Below, one piece after another: positions 21,272-35,733 of a stretch of DNA of 64,000 nucleotides (the first letter of the stretch is position 1; each line of letters opens with the position of its first letter). The notes beneath the pieces were generated by a model. It ran no database searches and was not told where the DNA came from. It saw only the letters and a program-made list of their open reading frames with translations. This stretch comes from Yuukianura sp. NJ FZ-2021 (taxonomy: Eukaryota). Location of the stretch: contig CM102286.1 in the NCBI GenBank assembly GCA_046563655.1, positions 4,154,001 to 4,218,000 of the forward strand. The letters run 5' to 3'. The position numbers and the translations under genes are program-made.

Positions 21272-23080
21272 ATGGCATTTCAAGTTTTGGTATTCTGGCG
21301 ATTTATGGTTTGTTTACATGGTTGACAAGAATTTTCTTGAGCTTACTTTACCTACTAAACTAAACTTTAAACTTTGAACCCGTGCTGGAATGTAAGCAAA
21401 TTAAATTGAAACCTAACTTTACGGCTCATCAATTCAGTCAGGCCACTGTCACTGTCGCCATCGGCAATTGGGAAAATCCTTCGCCTAAGTATTCTTATTT
21501 GGAACTGTGTATACCAATGATAATTGGCCGTATCTTCTGCAATACAGCTACTAGGGGTAAGTCGGTTGTCGGTAAATGTTAACTTTGAATGAATTCGCTT
21601 TCAATCAGGTTTCCGTATTCGAAATTGAAGTTATAAGTTATAACTTATTTAACGAGCCCATAACAGCTTATCTTTAATCTTTATCTGATTTGGGTACTCA
21701 ATTAAGTAGTACATCAATTCGTTCACGGACGGTATCGTTGGCTGAACACCGTCGGAATTCTTGGAGCGAGCGTTTGCCATACAATTAAAGGAAGCGTAAT
21801 GCCACGCCACAGTGAAGAAGCGGTTGTAGAATTTTCGGCTTTGAAAGTAATAGTTATCCCAGCCACTGCAGATAACTTTATGTATTTGGTAAGCTAACCA
21901 CCTTCAATACTGTCACAAGTTACACTTTATGATATGAAAATGATGAGATTTTCTTTGTGTAGGTGATGGACAAGGAATCGCGGAAAGCTTTCGTTGTAGA
22001 CCCCGTGGAACCGGAATCAGTTCTCTCGGTCGTGAAGCGGGAACAAGCTGTACTGACTTCAGCGCTGATTACTCACCATCATTGGTAGGTTGGTACCAAA
22101 TTCTTGGAATGTAACACAATTTATACATACTTTATGCGTTTTGCCGGAACTTTTAGGGATCACGCAGGAGGCAACAACAAGCTTCTGGAATTGCACAACT
22201 CGGATCATACGACAACAGATCAGCTAAACATTTACGGCGGAGATGATCGTATCGACGGTTTAAACAAGAAAGTATGTTTAAATAAATGCTTCTGGCTTCT
22301 CTTAGGAGGCTTAATTTTGGCATCCTTATTCCATATTTCAGGTTGTGGACGGTGACATGATTTCGATCGGGAAAATGAGAATTCGCTGCTTGTTTACACC
22401 ATGCCATACACGTACTACGAAAATTTACGACTATTATTTGCCAATAATTTTACATACTGCCAATTTTTCAGGTGGGCATATCTGCTACTTTGTAGACTCG
22501 GATGACCTCGCGTCGCAAAGTCCGTTAGTGTTCACAGGTAGGATTTTTTGTATTGCAAGGTTTAGAACGCAGTTTTAAGTACGTTTACGTTAGGTCTACT
22601 ACAGTTTACTAATATTTGTCGTTAATTCAGGGGACACCTTGTTCGTAGCGGGATGTGGTCGGTTCTTCGAGGGCACTGCAGAAGAGATGGAAAAAGCACT
22701 TAACCATGTCCTTGGAAGTCTTCCGAAAGAAACAGTAACCGATGATTTTTTTTTAAAACTTCATATAGAATTCTGTTGAACCGAGAATAACATGTTCCCT
22801 TCACCGTTTTTAGCTCGTCTTTTGTGGCCATGAATATACTGTTCAGAATCTGAAGTTTGTGCTTTCAGTTGAAAAAGATAATGCGGAAGCAAAGCAGAAG
22901 TTAGAATGGGCAGAAAATATGAGAACCGTTAAGCATGCCACCGTTCCATCAACAATCGGAGAGGAGTTGCGATACAACATCTTCATGCGTTCCAGTCTTA
23001 AATCTGTCCAAGCATTAGTCGGTGCGTCTGGACCAGTGGAGTGTATGGCCAAACTCCGAACAATGAAGAACAACTTCTAG
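21272..23080 (+). CDS. HAGH: Hydroxyacylglutathione hydrolase (glyoxalase II), multi-exon; start codon uncertain
   Basis: DNFMYL, VVDPVEP, spliced [53 protein letters not shown] and LRTMKNNF*. Candidate ATGs are at 21272, 21517 and 21799. Confidence 0.92.
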
Positions 23081-23692
23081 AAACAGCAAAGCTAGCCAAC
23101 CAAGTATAAAATTGTCATGAATTCGAAGAGATTTGGTCAAAGTTTTCAATTTTCCAAAGGTAAACCGGTGAGCCAAGAGGATGGTTTTCCTAACATGATA
23201 CCACGATACCAGATTTCCACTGTATAAAAAATTAGTAAAACCGATCAACTATTTTTCTGATTCAACTATTGAGTTCATCTGTTCTTTCTTGAACGGCTGA
23301 AGATTCGTTTCAGGAATCATGATGTTTTTTTTTGGGCTTGCACCCTGAAAACTGGTTTTACAGAATTTTTTGACATTTTTTTTTGTAATGACAGCACAAC
23401 CTGGAAACGGAATAGCTTTTCCTATTGGCCAGAATGTAGGTTCTTAACTGGAAAAAAATGTTGCATCACACCACTTTGTAAAATTCTTGAAGGTCACTGT
23501 GATGTGGAATCTTTTAAGACTGGTTCCAGTAACTCATTCAGCTTGACCTCCAAAAAATTCTCGAAAAAGAGCATGAAGTTTTTCCAGTTTACCACTTTGC
23601 AATTGGAGTTGAATCTTTCTAGATTTGAGCTTCGATTCTGCCTTCAATTCATCGTCGCTGAACTCTGACCTGTCTATTTTGCAATTAAAAAT

Positions 23693-24500
23693 ATGTTTGT
23701 AACACAAGGAGACGTTAAGGTAAGCGAAAATTTTTATTCCAATTGGATATGTTTAATCTTTTTTCAAAGTTCAAAAAACCAACCATAATTTTGTTTGATG
23801 TTTCAGTATTTGTCAGGCTTTGGTTCTGAATTTGCCAGTGAAGATCCACGATGTCCGGATTCTCTACCGAAAGGACAAAACAATCCGCAGCGGTGTCCCT
23901 ACGGTCTATACGCTGAGCAGCTCTCTGGGACAGCTTTCACAGGCAAGTCCTAAATTTATACTATTAGAGCTTATGAGTGTCAGTTTTGAATAGAATCGGT
24001 GTAATTTTAACGAAAAATGGCGCATTTCAATTATTTTTGAAATTTCAAGCTCCCCGGGCGTTTAACAAAAGATCTTGGTTGTACCGTATTCGTCCATCCG
24101 TGCTCCATGAGCCGTTTGAAGCTGTCCAGGAGACAGCAGAAAACAATGGAGAAGTGAAAGTACTTCCAACTTTCTCCAACTTCCCACCCGAACCAAACCA
24201 GGTCTGTGTAACAAAAAAGTAAAGCGGAGTCATTTAGATCTCCCAAGCTGTGAAAAGCGGAACATCGCTGTCGCTTCCCACTGAATACAACAAAAGAGGC
24301 GTTATGAGTCCTAATTAATAATGGTCTGATTTGTTCATTATTTAGATGAGGTGGTTTCCATTTGACCTGCCGACGACCCAGCGAGTAGATTTTGTTGATG
24401 GACTCAAAACCATTTGTGGAGCGGGAGATGTTCACAGTCGGAACGGACTCGCAATTTACATCTACGCTTGCAATTATTCGATGGAGAACAAAGCCTTCTC
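23693..24500 (+). CDS. HGD: Homogentisate 1,2-dioxygenase, 5' part only (cut by the assembly gap)
   Basis: [63 protein letters not shown] and MRWFPF...DFVDGL. Confidence 0.92.
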
Positions 24501-24600
24501 NNNNNNNNNNNNNNNNNNNNNNNNNNNNNNNNNNNNNNNNNNNNNNNNNNNNNNNNNNNNNNNNNNNNNNNNNNNNNNNNNNNNNNNNNNNNNNNNNNNN
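24501..24600. other. Assembly gap (100 N)
   Basis: Run of exactly 100 n. Confidence 1.
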
Positions 24601-25522
24601 TTCTTTATGAAACTGCCTTAGGATTCCAAGGGTACCCAAATCATAGTACTCGGAATGAGCCCCAGTAGTTTCGTATTCAACGATGTCCAGAAGGTCATGT
24701 CCAGTTTGTACCGCCGGAATCTTCGGAGCACATCCCAAGGTCACATGAGCTTTGGAAGTTGATGGCTGGAAGTTTAACGGTTGATCGACAAAATCAATTC
24801 CCGGGTATTCTGAATCCGCTGCCCGTTTTTTCCGGATTTGAGCCAGTGATTCTTGTTTGTCAAATAGCGACTCCTGTTCAGCCGTTAAATTCACACGGAC
24901 TCCGTATGTTCGCGCGGTAAAGTAGAAGCCGATGAGGTGCGTTTGAAAATGTTGGCCCAAAGAGTCTTTAGCTGTGTTGTAGTACTCCGTGCAATCAATT
25001 CCGTCGCCGCAGTACATAGCTGTCACATGGTAGTACGGGTCGTAGTTTAGTGTATTGGGGTCCAAGGGCTTGACGAAGTAATTGAATGGGTCACTTACAC
25101 CGACGTTTGTCAAAAATTCAACAACGCTTGGTACGCTGGAATACATCGTTCTGAAAATATTTTCCGTGTAGTTTTGCAGGGAAGTTGCTGTCTGCTCGTC
25201 CAGAAACCAGCCAAAGTACAAAACGTTTTGTAGATCAGTAGTTTCAGTTTTCAAAAACTCCTCATTTTTTGTCTCGACAGCATTTGCAGAGAGCATGACG
25301 ATGCACGCGAAAATCTAAAAACAAAAATATGTTTTCAAAAATTGTAAGATTTTGATCTAAATACATATCGATTAGCTCTCTACAATTTACAGATTTTGGC
25401 TTATTGAATTTTCGGAATTCTAATTAAATTATTGTTAGTCTAAAATTGGTACGGTTAAAAGCCATTAAACCATATTAAAAAGGTCACGACAAGGAAAAAG
25501 TTTTTTATACCACGTTCAACAT
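24601..25522 (-). CDS. CNPase-like gene (counterpart of copy B), 3' end cut by the gap
   Basis: Exon 25522-25511 (MLNV) joins exon 25314-24601. Both HVT motifs are present. Confidence 0.88.
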
Positions 25523-27045
25523 GATGACCTATTGAAAACGCTACTGAAACTCTTTACTTGATAAAAACATGCTTGTGCCGTTCACTTTACAATTTTGTGA
25601 GTGTGTCAAGTCAGCGACCTTGACACTTATTTGACCAATTGCAGAAGCCAAGTAAAATTAACACCACGTTTGCAGTGTGACACATAGATGCTCTGTTTGG
25701 GATTTTAAATTTAATATCTAATCTTGCACCATTAAATTCGAGTACTTCGGAATAATAATCCCATTTCATATTCTCTTATGGCAGTTAATTCCCCAAGCCT
25801 AAGCATTTTGATTCTTAGAAAACAACAACAAACGCAAAAAAATTCGAATTGACTTACGTGATTTTGAGTGTCAGACTCAGACTTTCTTATTCTTTTTCAG
25901 CTCTTCAATTTTAAGAAAATTTGGTACGTGGTGATTAATTTTTTGAAGATGTATTTCTTGACTTTCTCTGTCGTATGATCTGTGATGCACCATGAAACTA
26001 ACGTCTCATGACCTTGGCAGCGCTTCTGCTGATGAATCATCCTGGCAAAAAGGAATCATGCGAAAGCGAAAGTTAGAATCGCTTTGGTTGTGTGCCAATT
26101 GGAAATTCAATTGTTTTGTTGTGCCAATTTGAAGCAGACAGAGTCACCTTGGTTACTTTAGGCTTAAAGTTTGACTCTATATGAGGAATACAGGAATAAC
26201 CGTAAACTCCCCCACAATTTCCGGCCAAATTATAGCAATACCAAAGGGGCGATGATTTTATATATTTTTGATATTTAGGAGGGGTATTCCTTTTATAGTC
26301 AGCTTTTGGCACTGCAGTATTTGCTACAGATATAAAAATATTGTAGTTTGGCACGATGTAGTACTACGGTGTAACAAGATTCACATTCAAGATCACATCC
26401 ATTCATCGACGGAAGACAGAAAGTTAACTTCATCATCATCATGAACGTGAATTTGGTACTTACAAGGAATCATACTGGTAAGAAGAAAAGCGTCATAATA
26501 TGGGGGGCGATTTTGCACTATATGTAATTGGTAAAAAAAAATTAGTTTTTTTTTTCATAACTTTCACACTTGCATAAAAATGGTCAATATTTACCATTGG
26601 AAGAAATCGTTGTGTTTCCCTCTTGCTTAAACGTTTTCGTAAATGTTTTATGAAAAAGTTCTTTTTTATTGCCATTACCGTATTTGGAAGTTTACAAAAA
26701 GTGGTACTTTGTTACGTTTAGTCCTTAAAGTGTTACTGCTGCGCGGTAGTTCAATTTTGAAGAAACAATTCTGAAGAAAAATTGTTTTTTCTTTGCTTTC
26801 TTTTATGTTTTTTTGAAAAACGAATTTGAAAAATGTTGGTAGTAGATTGATTTGTTGACTCTTGTGGTTGTTGCCCCTTCACAGTTTATCCCCAATGCAG
26901 TTTTCCTTGAAATTTTCTATGGAATTGCAAATTGCAATTTCGTAATTCTATAACACGTAACTGATTTCAGTCTGAAATGAACAGATTCATTAAGCCAACA
27001 CTGTCAGAAGTAAAGAAAAGCCGAGAAGCGGGTTAGCTAAATGCA

Positions 27046-27944
27046 ATGGACTACGGGTGGCATTTTGAGATGCATCCAGGTAATTAATAATTAAATACTT
27101 ACAGTTATTATTAACATGGGTTAAATTTAATTGCTAATTATGCACTTAAGAACTGTTTGGCTAATTTAATGTCTTGATTTCAAAAGCACTGGAGTTGACC
27201 CCACCAAATCCTACGACAGCGTCTCTGAAGATTCCGTATTCCGTAAATTCTCCAAAATTGACGCAAGTTGTTACCGGAAAGAATTTCCACTACTTCAAAC
27301 TCCGTCTCTACGACATCAACGAATTTTTCTTACAGCAGAAAAAATCATGGAACCGTAACTACCCTCCAGCACAACAAATCTACTCCGATAATCCCATTTC
27401 AGTTGCTCTTCGTGCCGCGATTCACACCGAGCATGCCATTTTGTACTCGAATCGTGAAGGACGAGGTGGGAACGATGATGGATTCCTAGACCGATCTCCA
27501 AATGCTTTCTTTGACCTCTTGGAACACTTCCAAAACACAAAGTCCGTCTTCTCTCCAGTCCATACTGCGGTCAAAGAAGTCAGTTCTAAACTTATAGGAT
27601 CCAAGGACACAAAAGACAAAATCCGGATTTATACTTATGTGTTGCTGGACGATTCCCTAAGATTTTCTCGATCTGGTGCTGGAACAACTGTGGATTTTTC
27701 ATCTAAGCATGCACTTCATGCTGGAGCTGCTACAGAAGTTCATTACGCTGGAGAATTTTGGGTAGAAAATGCACCAATAGAAGGTCGAGTTTTGTATGTG
27801 GACAACAATTCAGGAACGTTTGCTCCCCCGAAGGAGGATTTATGGCGGATGAAGTCTTTAATGGAGCGGAATTTTCCTGGAATTCCAATAGTTGTCCTGG
27901 ACTATCAAGATCCACTCTGGAAGTACAAACGAGGAAAACAATGA
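27046..27944 (+). CDS. HxxH..AGEF..DNNSGT protein, second copy
   Basis: The ORF-track 256-aa translation differs from 14519-15289 at two residues. The same upstream exon (MDYGWHFEMHP) is present. Confidence 0.75.
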
Positions 27945-28294
27945 TGAAGATTGGAACGTAATGTTACATGTATGATAGTGTTTTTCTAATGGAAGCTGCT
28001 CAATTTGTGATTAATTTGTAGCGTTTGATAAATGTTGTAAGGAAAACGTGATAACTTAAAGGTGATATAGGCGGGAAAAGACATGACACATAGGGTATTA
28101 TCCTTTACATTCTTTTAGGCAAATGTAAATAGTAATAGTTCAATCTGTTGGCGAAATTTAATGACTTTGCACAAAATAAATTGACACAAGCAAGACACTT
28201 AACAATGGATTGCTAATTTGTACATTCTAAGTTTTCGAAAGAAATGACAAGCCGGATTTAAATACTAACAACATGCGAACGCGTAGCGCCAATT

Positions 28295-31102
28295 TCAGTC
28301 TTGAGATGCTTCATGGCTACTGGAATGTTTCTTCAGTGCATTTAATATCGAATCTTGACTCTTGTAATGATCATCCAAAATGCCCGGTTTAGGTATAATA
28401 TCTAAGAATTTGTTACATCGGGCATCTAAAATTTTAACTTCGTACGAATTTTCCAAACCTGCATCATTATTCCTATGACAAAGTTTAGAATTTTTTAAAT
28501 TTTTCAAAAGTCATAAAATTTCAGATTTGTCTTACTTTTCTGCGTTCGTTTTATCAATATAAATGATTCTCCCTGGTAAATACATATTGATTTCATCGTC
28601 CTTCCTAGTCCTTCTTGTAGCTTGATAATTTTTTTCAGTCCATTTCGAATGTAGATCACTTTCACCGAATTCCACGGACGAATCAGTTATATGACCCTGC
28701 AAAAAATCGTACAGATTAGTTCACCAAACGAAGATGCTTAAAGCCATACTTTGAAACTCACTTGGTTAACGTGTCCGCTGAAATCGATTACTTTGGAAGA
28801 AACTGTGACTTTTAGTTTAAATCCCAAGAAACGCAAGAGAACGCCAAGCAGCAACTTGTACTGAAAACAAAATTAAAACAACAACAACAATATTTTCATC
28901 GCTTATTCTCCAAAAGATTTCGACGAAGCGCTGGAAATTACTGAATTTCAGTTACACCTTGGGGGTTTTGGCATTGTACATTGCATCAATGATGCGGTGC
29001 CTCAATCTGGAGATTGCTAGCAAGCTGGTACGTGCGAATAAGTCATTCCCACAGGTTACTGATATGATAAAATTTTCGCTATATCTTGCAGCATCGCAAT
29101 TAAGTAGGCCTCCTAAAACATAAAAAATCAAACAAATTCTTCGAGAAAAATGAAAACAGAAATGTACCACTTGCCTGGAGGATTAAAACAGATCACTCGG
29201 AGCTCAGGAAATTTTGAACGAAGCCTGAATCCCAGTAATGTGGCGACGCCCGATCCAAAACTGCTGCCTATAATGAAAACAAGTTGACTGGTAAAAGTAA
29301 AAACAATTCCAATTTGCTTTCCAAAAGTTTTACCAATTATGACTAGATTGTAATTTGAGTGACGTTTTTTAATGTCTTCAAGGACAGGAACCACATTTAC
29401 TGATAATGTTTCCGAAACTTTGCTTAGTCCTCCATGAACCTAAATGTTGATAGAATTAGAGTAAACTCAAAGCATTATAACACAGACAATTTCATTTTAA
29501 AGCAGTATTTACCTGAAAATTTGTTGCTAAACCTGGAATATGTAAAGGTACTGGAGCAGCATCCATAAAAGATAGAAGACTCTGTCCAGGAAGGACAACA
29601 AGAACAAGTGAATTCGAGTTGTGGTCAACGAAAATACAAAAAGGAACTTCAGTGTAGCTGGTTTTAGTTGACACATGAATTAAATCCGATTCGGAAATTC
29701 CAGTCGCCGTGACTGCAGCCATGAGGCTGGACATTTTACACGTTTGGCAAAACCCGTTCGCATCAAATTGCGAATCACAGTCACTAAAAATAACAACATT
29801 CGTCAAAAATTCAATTTTGCTAAATGTTCTCTTCATATTTTTTTCCAACTTTTTCCGTTACCTTGCTGGAGCAAAACAATTGCAAGACTTGATAATTCTA
29901 GAGAAATTGTGTTGATGTTGAGCATCCATTTGTCTCGCCCAATTATGAGATCTGTCGGTGAAAGGAAAATATTTTTCAAACTGCAGCACTTGCTTGAAAG
30001 TCTCAGAAGTCCAACTATCCATGCTGCAGGACAATTCGTCGGATTTGGTATTTTTTCTATGGTGCATTTCTTGTAGAGAGAAACTTTCAAGTTTTGTTTC
30101 AGGTCCTGCGCAGAGGGAACTTCCATGGCTTCCTTTGTCTCCTTCTAAGCGAAAAACTAAAAACAGTCCTGCAACCAAATCGGAACTAACGAAATTCGAT
30201 TCGCCAAGCACAGACGAAACAGTACTCCCAATAGCTTGGAATATTTGCTGTTCATTTTCACCACTAGATTTGGGTTTGTACAATATTGAGCAGTACATTT
30301 TCAATTTCTTGGCCCAGAACTGCGACTGCGCTTCACTGAACTCTTGTTTCTCAAGCTTCAATCCTCCAAGTGGATCGTATAAAAATGCGAAGAAAAGAGC
30401 CAAAACAATCAACGAAATCCAGTTGCAAATTATATAACCTGAAAAAACGCAAAAGCAGGAATAAAAATGATCAGATTTAAAGGTACAAGCGTGTACTAAT
30501 TAATTAAGAGAAGTTTTAGAAGGTCAAACCACTTACGACGAGTAAAGTAATAAGACGAAGGATCATGAATTTGTACAGTAGCAAAGGTAGGGCCGAATGC
30601 CCAAATGGTACCAAGCGTATTCCAGCCAGTATCGACTGCTTCCCAGAATAATCTACACCGAAAATGTGAAAAATGGAAAATTACATAAAATTAATTTAAA
30701 ATCCTGTAACGCGGATATCGGATCTTACCGAATGTAAACCAGCGTCGGTATAATGGCTCTGAGATGCGTTTCGGTAATTGAGCCTTTTGAACTTCGATTT
30801 ACAACTAACAAATCCGTCATAACAATTATGACCAAGGACGCCATCATTCCAACGAGATAAACTTCGAACTTTTTTCGGTTTTCGTAGTCTTCAACTTGCA
30901 TTTGAAAGTACGCAAGTAGAGCAGTAATGAGCCTGTCAACAATAAAATAAAGTCAGCATCGATGCAAATTAAAAATTTACGATATAAAAAATTTGGACAG
31001 TTCTTACCAACACGATTTAACGATTGTGTCAAGAATTCCAGGGAAAACGAAGTCGTCAGTGCCGCAGAGCCAGCGACGACCAAACGCAACAACGGCAGGC
31101 AT
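28295..31102 (-). CDS. DAGL-beta-like lipase, second copy
   Basis: Same exon structure and motifs as 15622-18427. Confidence 0.88.
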
Positions 31103-31971
31103 TCCGCAAAATCGTTTTCACAAATACATCGAACCTAAGCAGCGATTTTAATGTCGACGCACATGAGAATCGTTGACCACAAGGAACGAACTCAATAAAT
31201 TCAACCCGGACGCCTAATTTTTTGTTTCAATGACTCTGAATTCGAGTTTTTGAATCAATGGGGACTACTACACAACAATAATTCAGGACTATTGAATTCA
31301 ATGGTTGTTTTGTAGTATCTACTACAACTGGTTTGACTGTGGCCCTCATGCAGAACTTCTTACGAAACAGTTTGGACATCAGCATCATCATCACCCCTGC
31401 AGCTTAATACTACTTGCCCTTGTAATCGCCAAAAAATCATTCTCACATGTATAAACTTAAATCACAACCTGCCCAATGGCTCCCCGTCCTCTCTACTTAA
31501 AGTTACAACAAAAAAGGAAATGTGGAAACAAGTCTCAATTGTTCCCATTGGGTGAATAGTAAGGTAGACGACATGAATGCATGAGTACTTGGACTGCCGT
31601 GAATGTTATGACATTGAACTCAAACGTTTTTGAAAGCTAGACTGCAAAAAAGGTGTGTCAAATCGTTTCACCTTAGGTGACGACCTCGATTCTCAAAGAC
31701 ATCCAACGATGAAGATCATTTTCAGGGTTTCCCGTCGAGTAATGTAAAGAATTTCAAATTATGATTTTAATAAATGTCGAAAGTAAATAAATCAGAGAAT
31801 ATTAGAGCGGGACTTATCTGAGTATCGCAGTTTACGACGATGATTCGACTATTCCCGTTGCGAAGATGCGTTAAATGCTATAGCAGGATACTGTTACAAG
31901 AAACTTACTCTAAATGTCAATTAATCGGAATCCAATAGAAGCAAGGTCAAGTGACGGGTGGCACTGACTCA

Positions 31972-33165
31972 TCAAATCTTGATCTTTTTCGCAGGCGTTG
32001 CTTTGCTGTCATCATCTTCAGAGTCACTGCTACTCACGTCAGAGTCAAGGTCCTCGTCAAGCCTGTGAAGTATTTCCGCAAAAAAAAAAACAGCACATAC
32101 TATTAGTACCTCGCCTAATACATAAGAAGTGCTAAACCCTAAAACATAAGCAATGAATTTTCGTTGTCTGTACTTAAAAAAAATATGTTCGAAGTGAATA
32201 AAAAAAAAACTTACATCGTCTTCTTCAAAGCCGGCATTTTACGTTTAACTTCCTTGGACGGCACTGGTTTCGGAACAGTACTTGATTCAATTCTGCCGTC
32301 GTTGACATCGTGCGGCTTTTCTTCTGCCTGTTTGGCATCTTCATCGTCTTCTGACGAAGTCGATGTGGAACTGGCCGAAGCTGAAGTGACTGTACAGTTT
32401 CCAGATTTACTCTTACTGGTCGAAGGAGCTTCAAATCCTAATAAAACACACCGAAACAAAACATTTAAGAAAAGTTACGCCTTGGCCTTGTGCCTCCCCG
32501 CCTGCGAATTTTGATTTGATAAGCAACACTTCAAAAGCAACTAGAAATAGTACCCTTCTCGACGGCCTCAAAAATTGCATCGGACATTTCTGCTCGAACT
32601 CGGTTGTATTCTTTGTCCTCCATCTTTGGAAGCGGAGGTCCATCGCAGATTTGTCGAAGCTTCTCCAGCTTCTGCTTCTTCAGTTCAGCCCTCTCCTCGT
32701 CCCGCTGCTTCTGCTTCGCAAACCAACGTTTGAGTCGTTGTTCTTCATTGATATCCCGAAGACGCCTTCCAGATAAATCACGACAAGCATCCCTGTTTGT
32801 AGTTTTTTCAATTTGTGCTCCAATTGCCCTCAGCATAGACCCAAAACCTACAAACGAATGGACGCTTGATATAACGATAAAACAACAATAATACGAAGAT
32901 CACAATTCTAGTTAACTTACCTCCTTTGCCACCCAGCACGCGGGGAATAATATGAACAGGTAGACCACTGGGCATAATGGATAGTGTTTGCTGATTCACT
33001 ATCTTCCCGTTACAAACAAGATAAAACGTTCCGGGCTCCAAATTCTAATATTAAACAACAAGAAAATTTAAAAACCACACCAAATTTAAGTTTACGAAGG
33101 ATAAAATCGTACATTTAACTTACCATTATAATGTCAGCTGTTGTTTCACCGTGATTAAAAGACAT
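31972..33165 (-). CDS. SDE2: SDE2, second copy
   Basis: Essentially identical exons to 19324-20526. Confidence 0.92.
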
Positions 33166-33927
33166 TTTTAAGATGAGTGGTTTAACTCCCCGTAAGTAAC
33201 CTTTGCTGTCGCTTTGACTCGAACAAATTGATATTCAGTCGAATGGACTACCTCGACGTCGTCACAAAAATGACGAGTTAATTAATTTAATTAACTAAAA
33301 GGAAAACAAATTAAGAAAACGAAAATTACTTTCCGAATTAAGTCGGAGGAAGAAGTGCGCGAGGGAGAGGGGAGAGCAGAAAAATTAGCAGACCGAGTAG
33401 CCTTTTGATATGCAGACAGCTTGGCGCCAAGTTTAAGTTAAATTTCCTCAAGTACATAATTCGGTTTTTACTAACTGGCAATTCCAAAATACTTTTGCAG
33501 AGCAAATGCCAAAGGAAAATAATTAAATTTCACACGCACGACAGAAGCATTTACAACTTAAATACTAGGCATAAGTATATTCGGATTTTACGCGTTTCGT
33601 TTTTTCAGACAAAACCGAATTTTTTCCATCTTATTCGGCTTTATTTATTAATCTAGTGAATATTACGAACAAGTTACTAAAGAATATCCAGAGACCCTGA
33701 CAGCAACAACCCCCAATTTCGGTTAAATTTTTTAACAATTATTAAGGCACAATACCTCGAGTACGTAAAGTTAACAGGGCACATTGAGTTAGCATATGTG
33801 AGTGCTTGTGCTATAAAGGCAAAAAAAAGTGCTAAGGCAAAAAAAGCATCAACTTGAAAATAAATTTTTACTATGTCGGACAAATGGGACGAAGCACTCC
33901 GTATTTACTTTTGCGTTTTTGCTGAGA

Positions 33928-35733
33928 ATGGCATTTCAAGTTTTGGTATTCTGGCGATTTATGGTTTGTTTACATGATTGACAAGAATTTTCTTGAGCTT
34001 ACTTTACCTACTAAACTTTAAACTTTGAACCCGCTGGAATGTAAGCAAATTAAATTAAAACCTAACTTTACGGCTCATCAATTCAGTCAGGCCACTGTCA
34101 CTGTCGCCATCGGCAATTGGGAAAATCCTTCGCCTAAGTATTCTTATTTGGAACTGTGTACGCCAATGATAATTGGCCGTATCTTCTGCAATACAGCTAC
34201 TAGGAGTAAGTCGGTTGTCGGTATGTCGGTAAATGTTAACTGTGAATGAATTCGCTTTCAATCAGGTTTCCGTATTCGAAATTGAAGTTATAAGTTATAA
34301 CTTATTTAACGAGCCCATAACAGCTTATCTATAATCTTTATCTGATTTGGGTACTCAAGTACTACATCAATTCGTTCACGGACGGTATCGTTGGCTGAAC
34401 ACCGTCGGAATTCTTGGAGCGAGCGTTTGCCATACAATTAAAGGAAGCGTAATGCCACGCCACAGTGAAGAAGCGGTTGTAGAATTTTCGGCTTTGAAAG
34501 TAATAGTTATCCCAGCCACTGCAGATAACTTTATGTATTTGGTAAGCTAACCACCTTCAATACTGTCACAAGTTACACTTTATGATATGAAAATGATGAG
34601 ATTTTCTTTGTGTAGGTGATGGACAAGGAATCGCGGAAAGCTTTCGTTGTAGACCCCGTGGAACCGGAATCAGTTCTCTCGGTCGTGAAGCGGGAACAAG
34701 CTGTACTGACTTCAGCGCTGATTACTCACCATCATTGGTAGGTTGGTACCAAATTCTTGGAATGTAACACAATTTATACATACTTTATGCGTTTTGCCGG
34801 AACTTTTAGGGATCACGCAGGAGGCAACAACAAGCTTCTAGAATTACACAACTCTGGTCATTCGACAACAGATCAGCTAAACATTTACGGCGGAGATGAT
34901 CGTATCGACGGTTTAAACAAGAAAGTATGTTTAAATAAATGCTTCTAGCTTCTCTTAGGAGGCTTAATTCGGGCATCTTTATTGCGTATTTCAGGTTGTG
35001 GACGGTGACATGATTACGATCGGGAAAATGAGAATTCGCTGCTTGTTTACACCATGCCATACACGTACTACGAAAATTAACGACTATTATTTGCCAAGAA
35101 TTTTACACACTGCCAATTTTTCAGGTGGGCATATCTGCTACTTTGTAGACTCGGATGACCTCGCGTCGCAAAGTCCGTTAGTGTTCACAGGTAGGATTAT
35201 TTGTGTCGAAAGATTTAGAACGCAGTTTAAGTACGTTTACGTTAGGTCTACTACAGTTTACAAATATTTGTCGTTAATTCAGGGGACACCTTGTTCGTAG
35301 CGGGATGTGGTCGGTTCTTCGAGGGCACTGCAGAAGAGATGGAAAAAGCACTTAACCATGTCCTTGGAAGTCTTCCGAAAGAAACAGTAAGCGATGATTT
35401 TTTTTTGAAAACTTCATAATGTAATTCTGTTGAACCGAGAATAACACCGTCCTTCACCGTTTTTAGCTCGTCTTTTGTGGCCATGAATACACTGTTCAGA
35501 ATCTGAAGTTTGTCCTTTCAGTTGAAAAAGATAATGCGGAAGCAAAGCAGAAGTTAGAATGGGCAGAAAATATGAGAACCGTTAAGCATGCCACAGTTCC
35601 ATCAACAATCGCAGAGGAGTTGCGATACAACATCTTCATGCGTTCCAGTCTTAAATCTGTCCAAGCATTAGTCGGTGCATCCGGACCAGTTGAGTGTATG
35701 GCCAAACTCCGAACAATGAAGAACAACTTTTAG
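33928..35733 (+). CDS. HAGH: Glyoxalase II, second copy; start uncertain
   Basis: Same exons and motifs as 21272-23080; stop TAG at 35731-35733. Confidence 0.92.

Larger units (their letters stand above)
11951..24499. repeat. 12.5-kb segment, copy 1 (repeated at 24601-37145)
   Basis: Colinear high identity. 11951 ttctttatgaaactgcc matches 24601, and the end ...aacaaagccttct matches 37145. Confidence 0.95.

Noticed and set aside
24031..25296. 421-aa ORF suggesting a CNPase with a long novel C-terminal extension
   Set aside because: It reads through the N gap into the antisense strand of HGD exons, so it is an assembly chimera.
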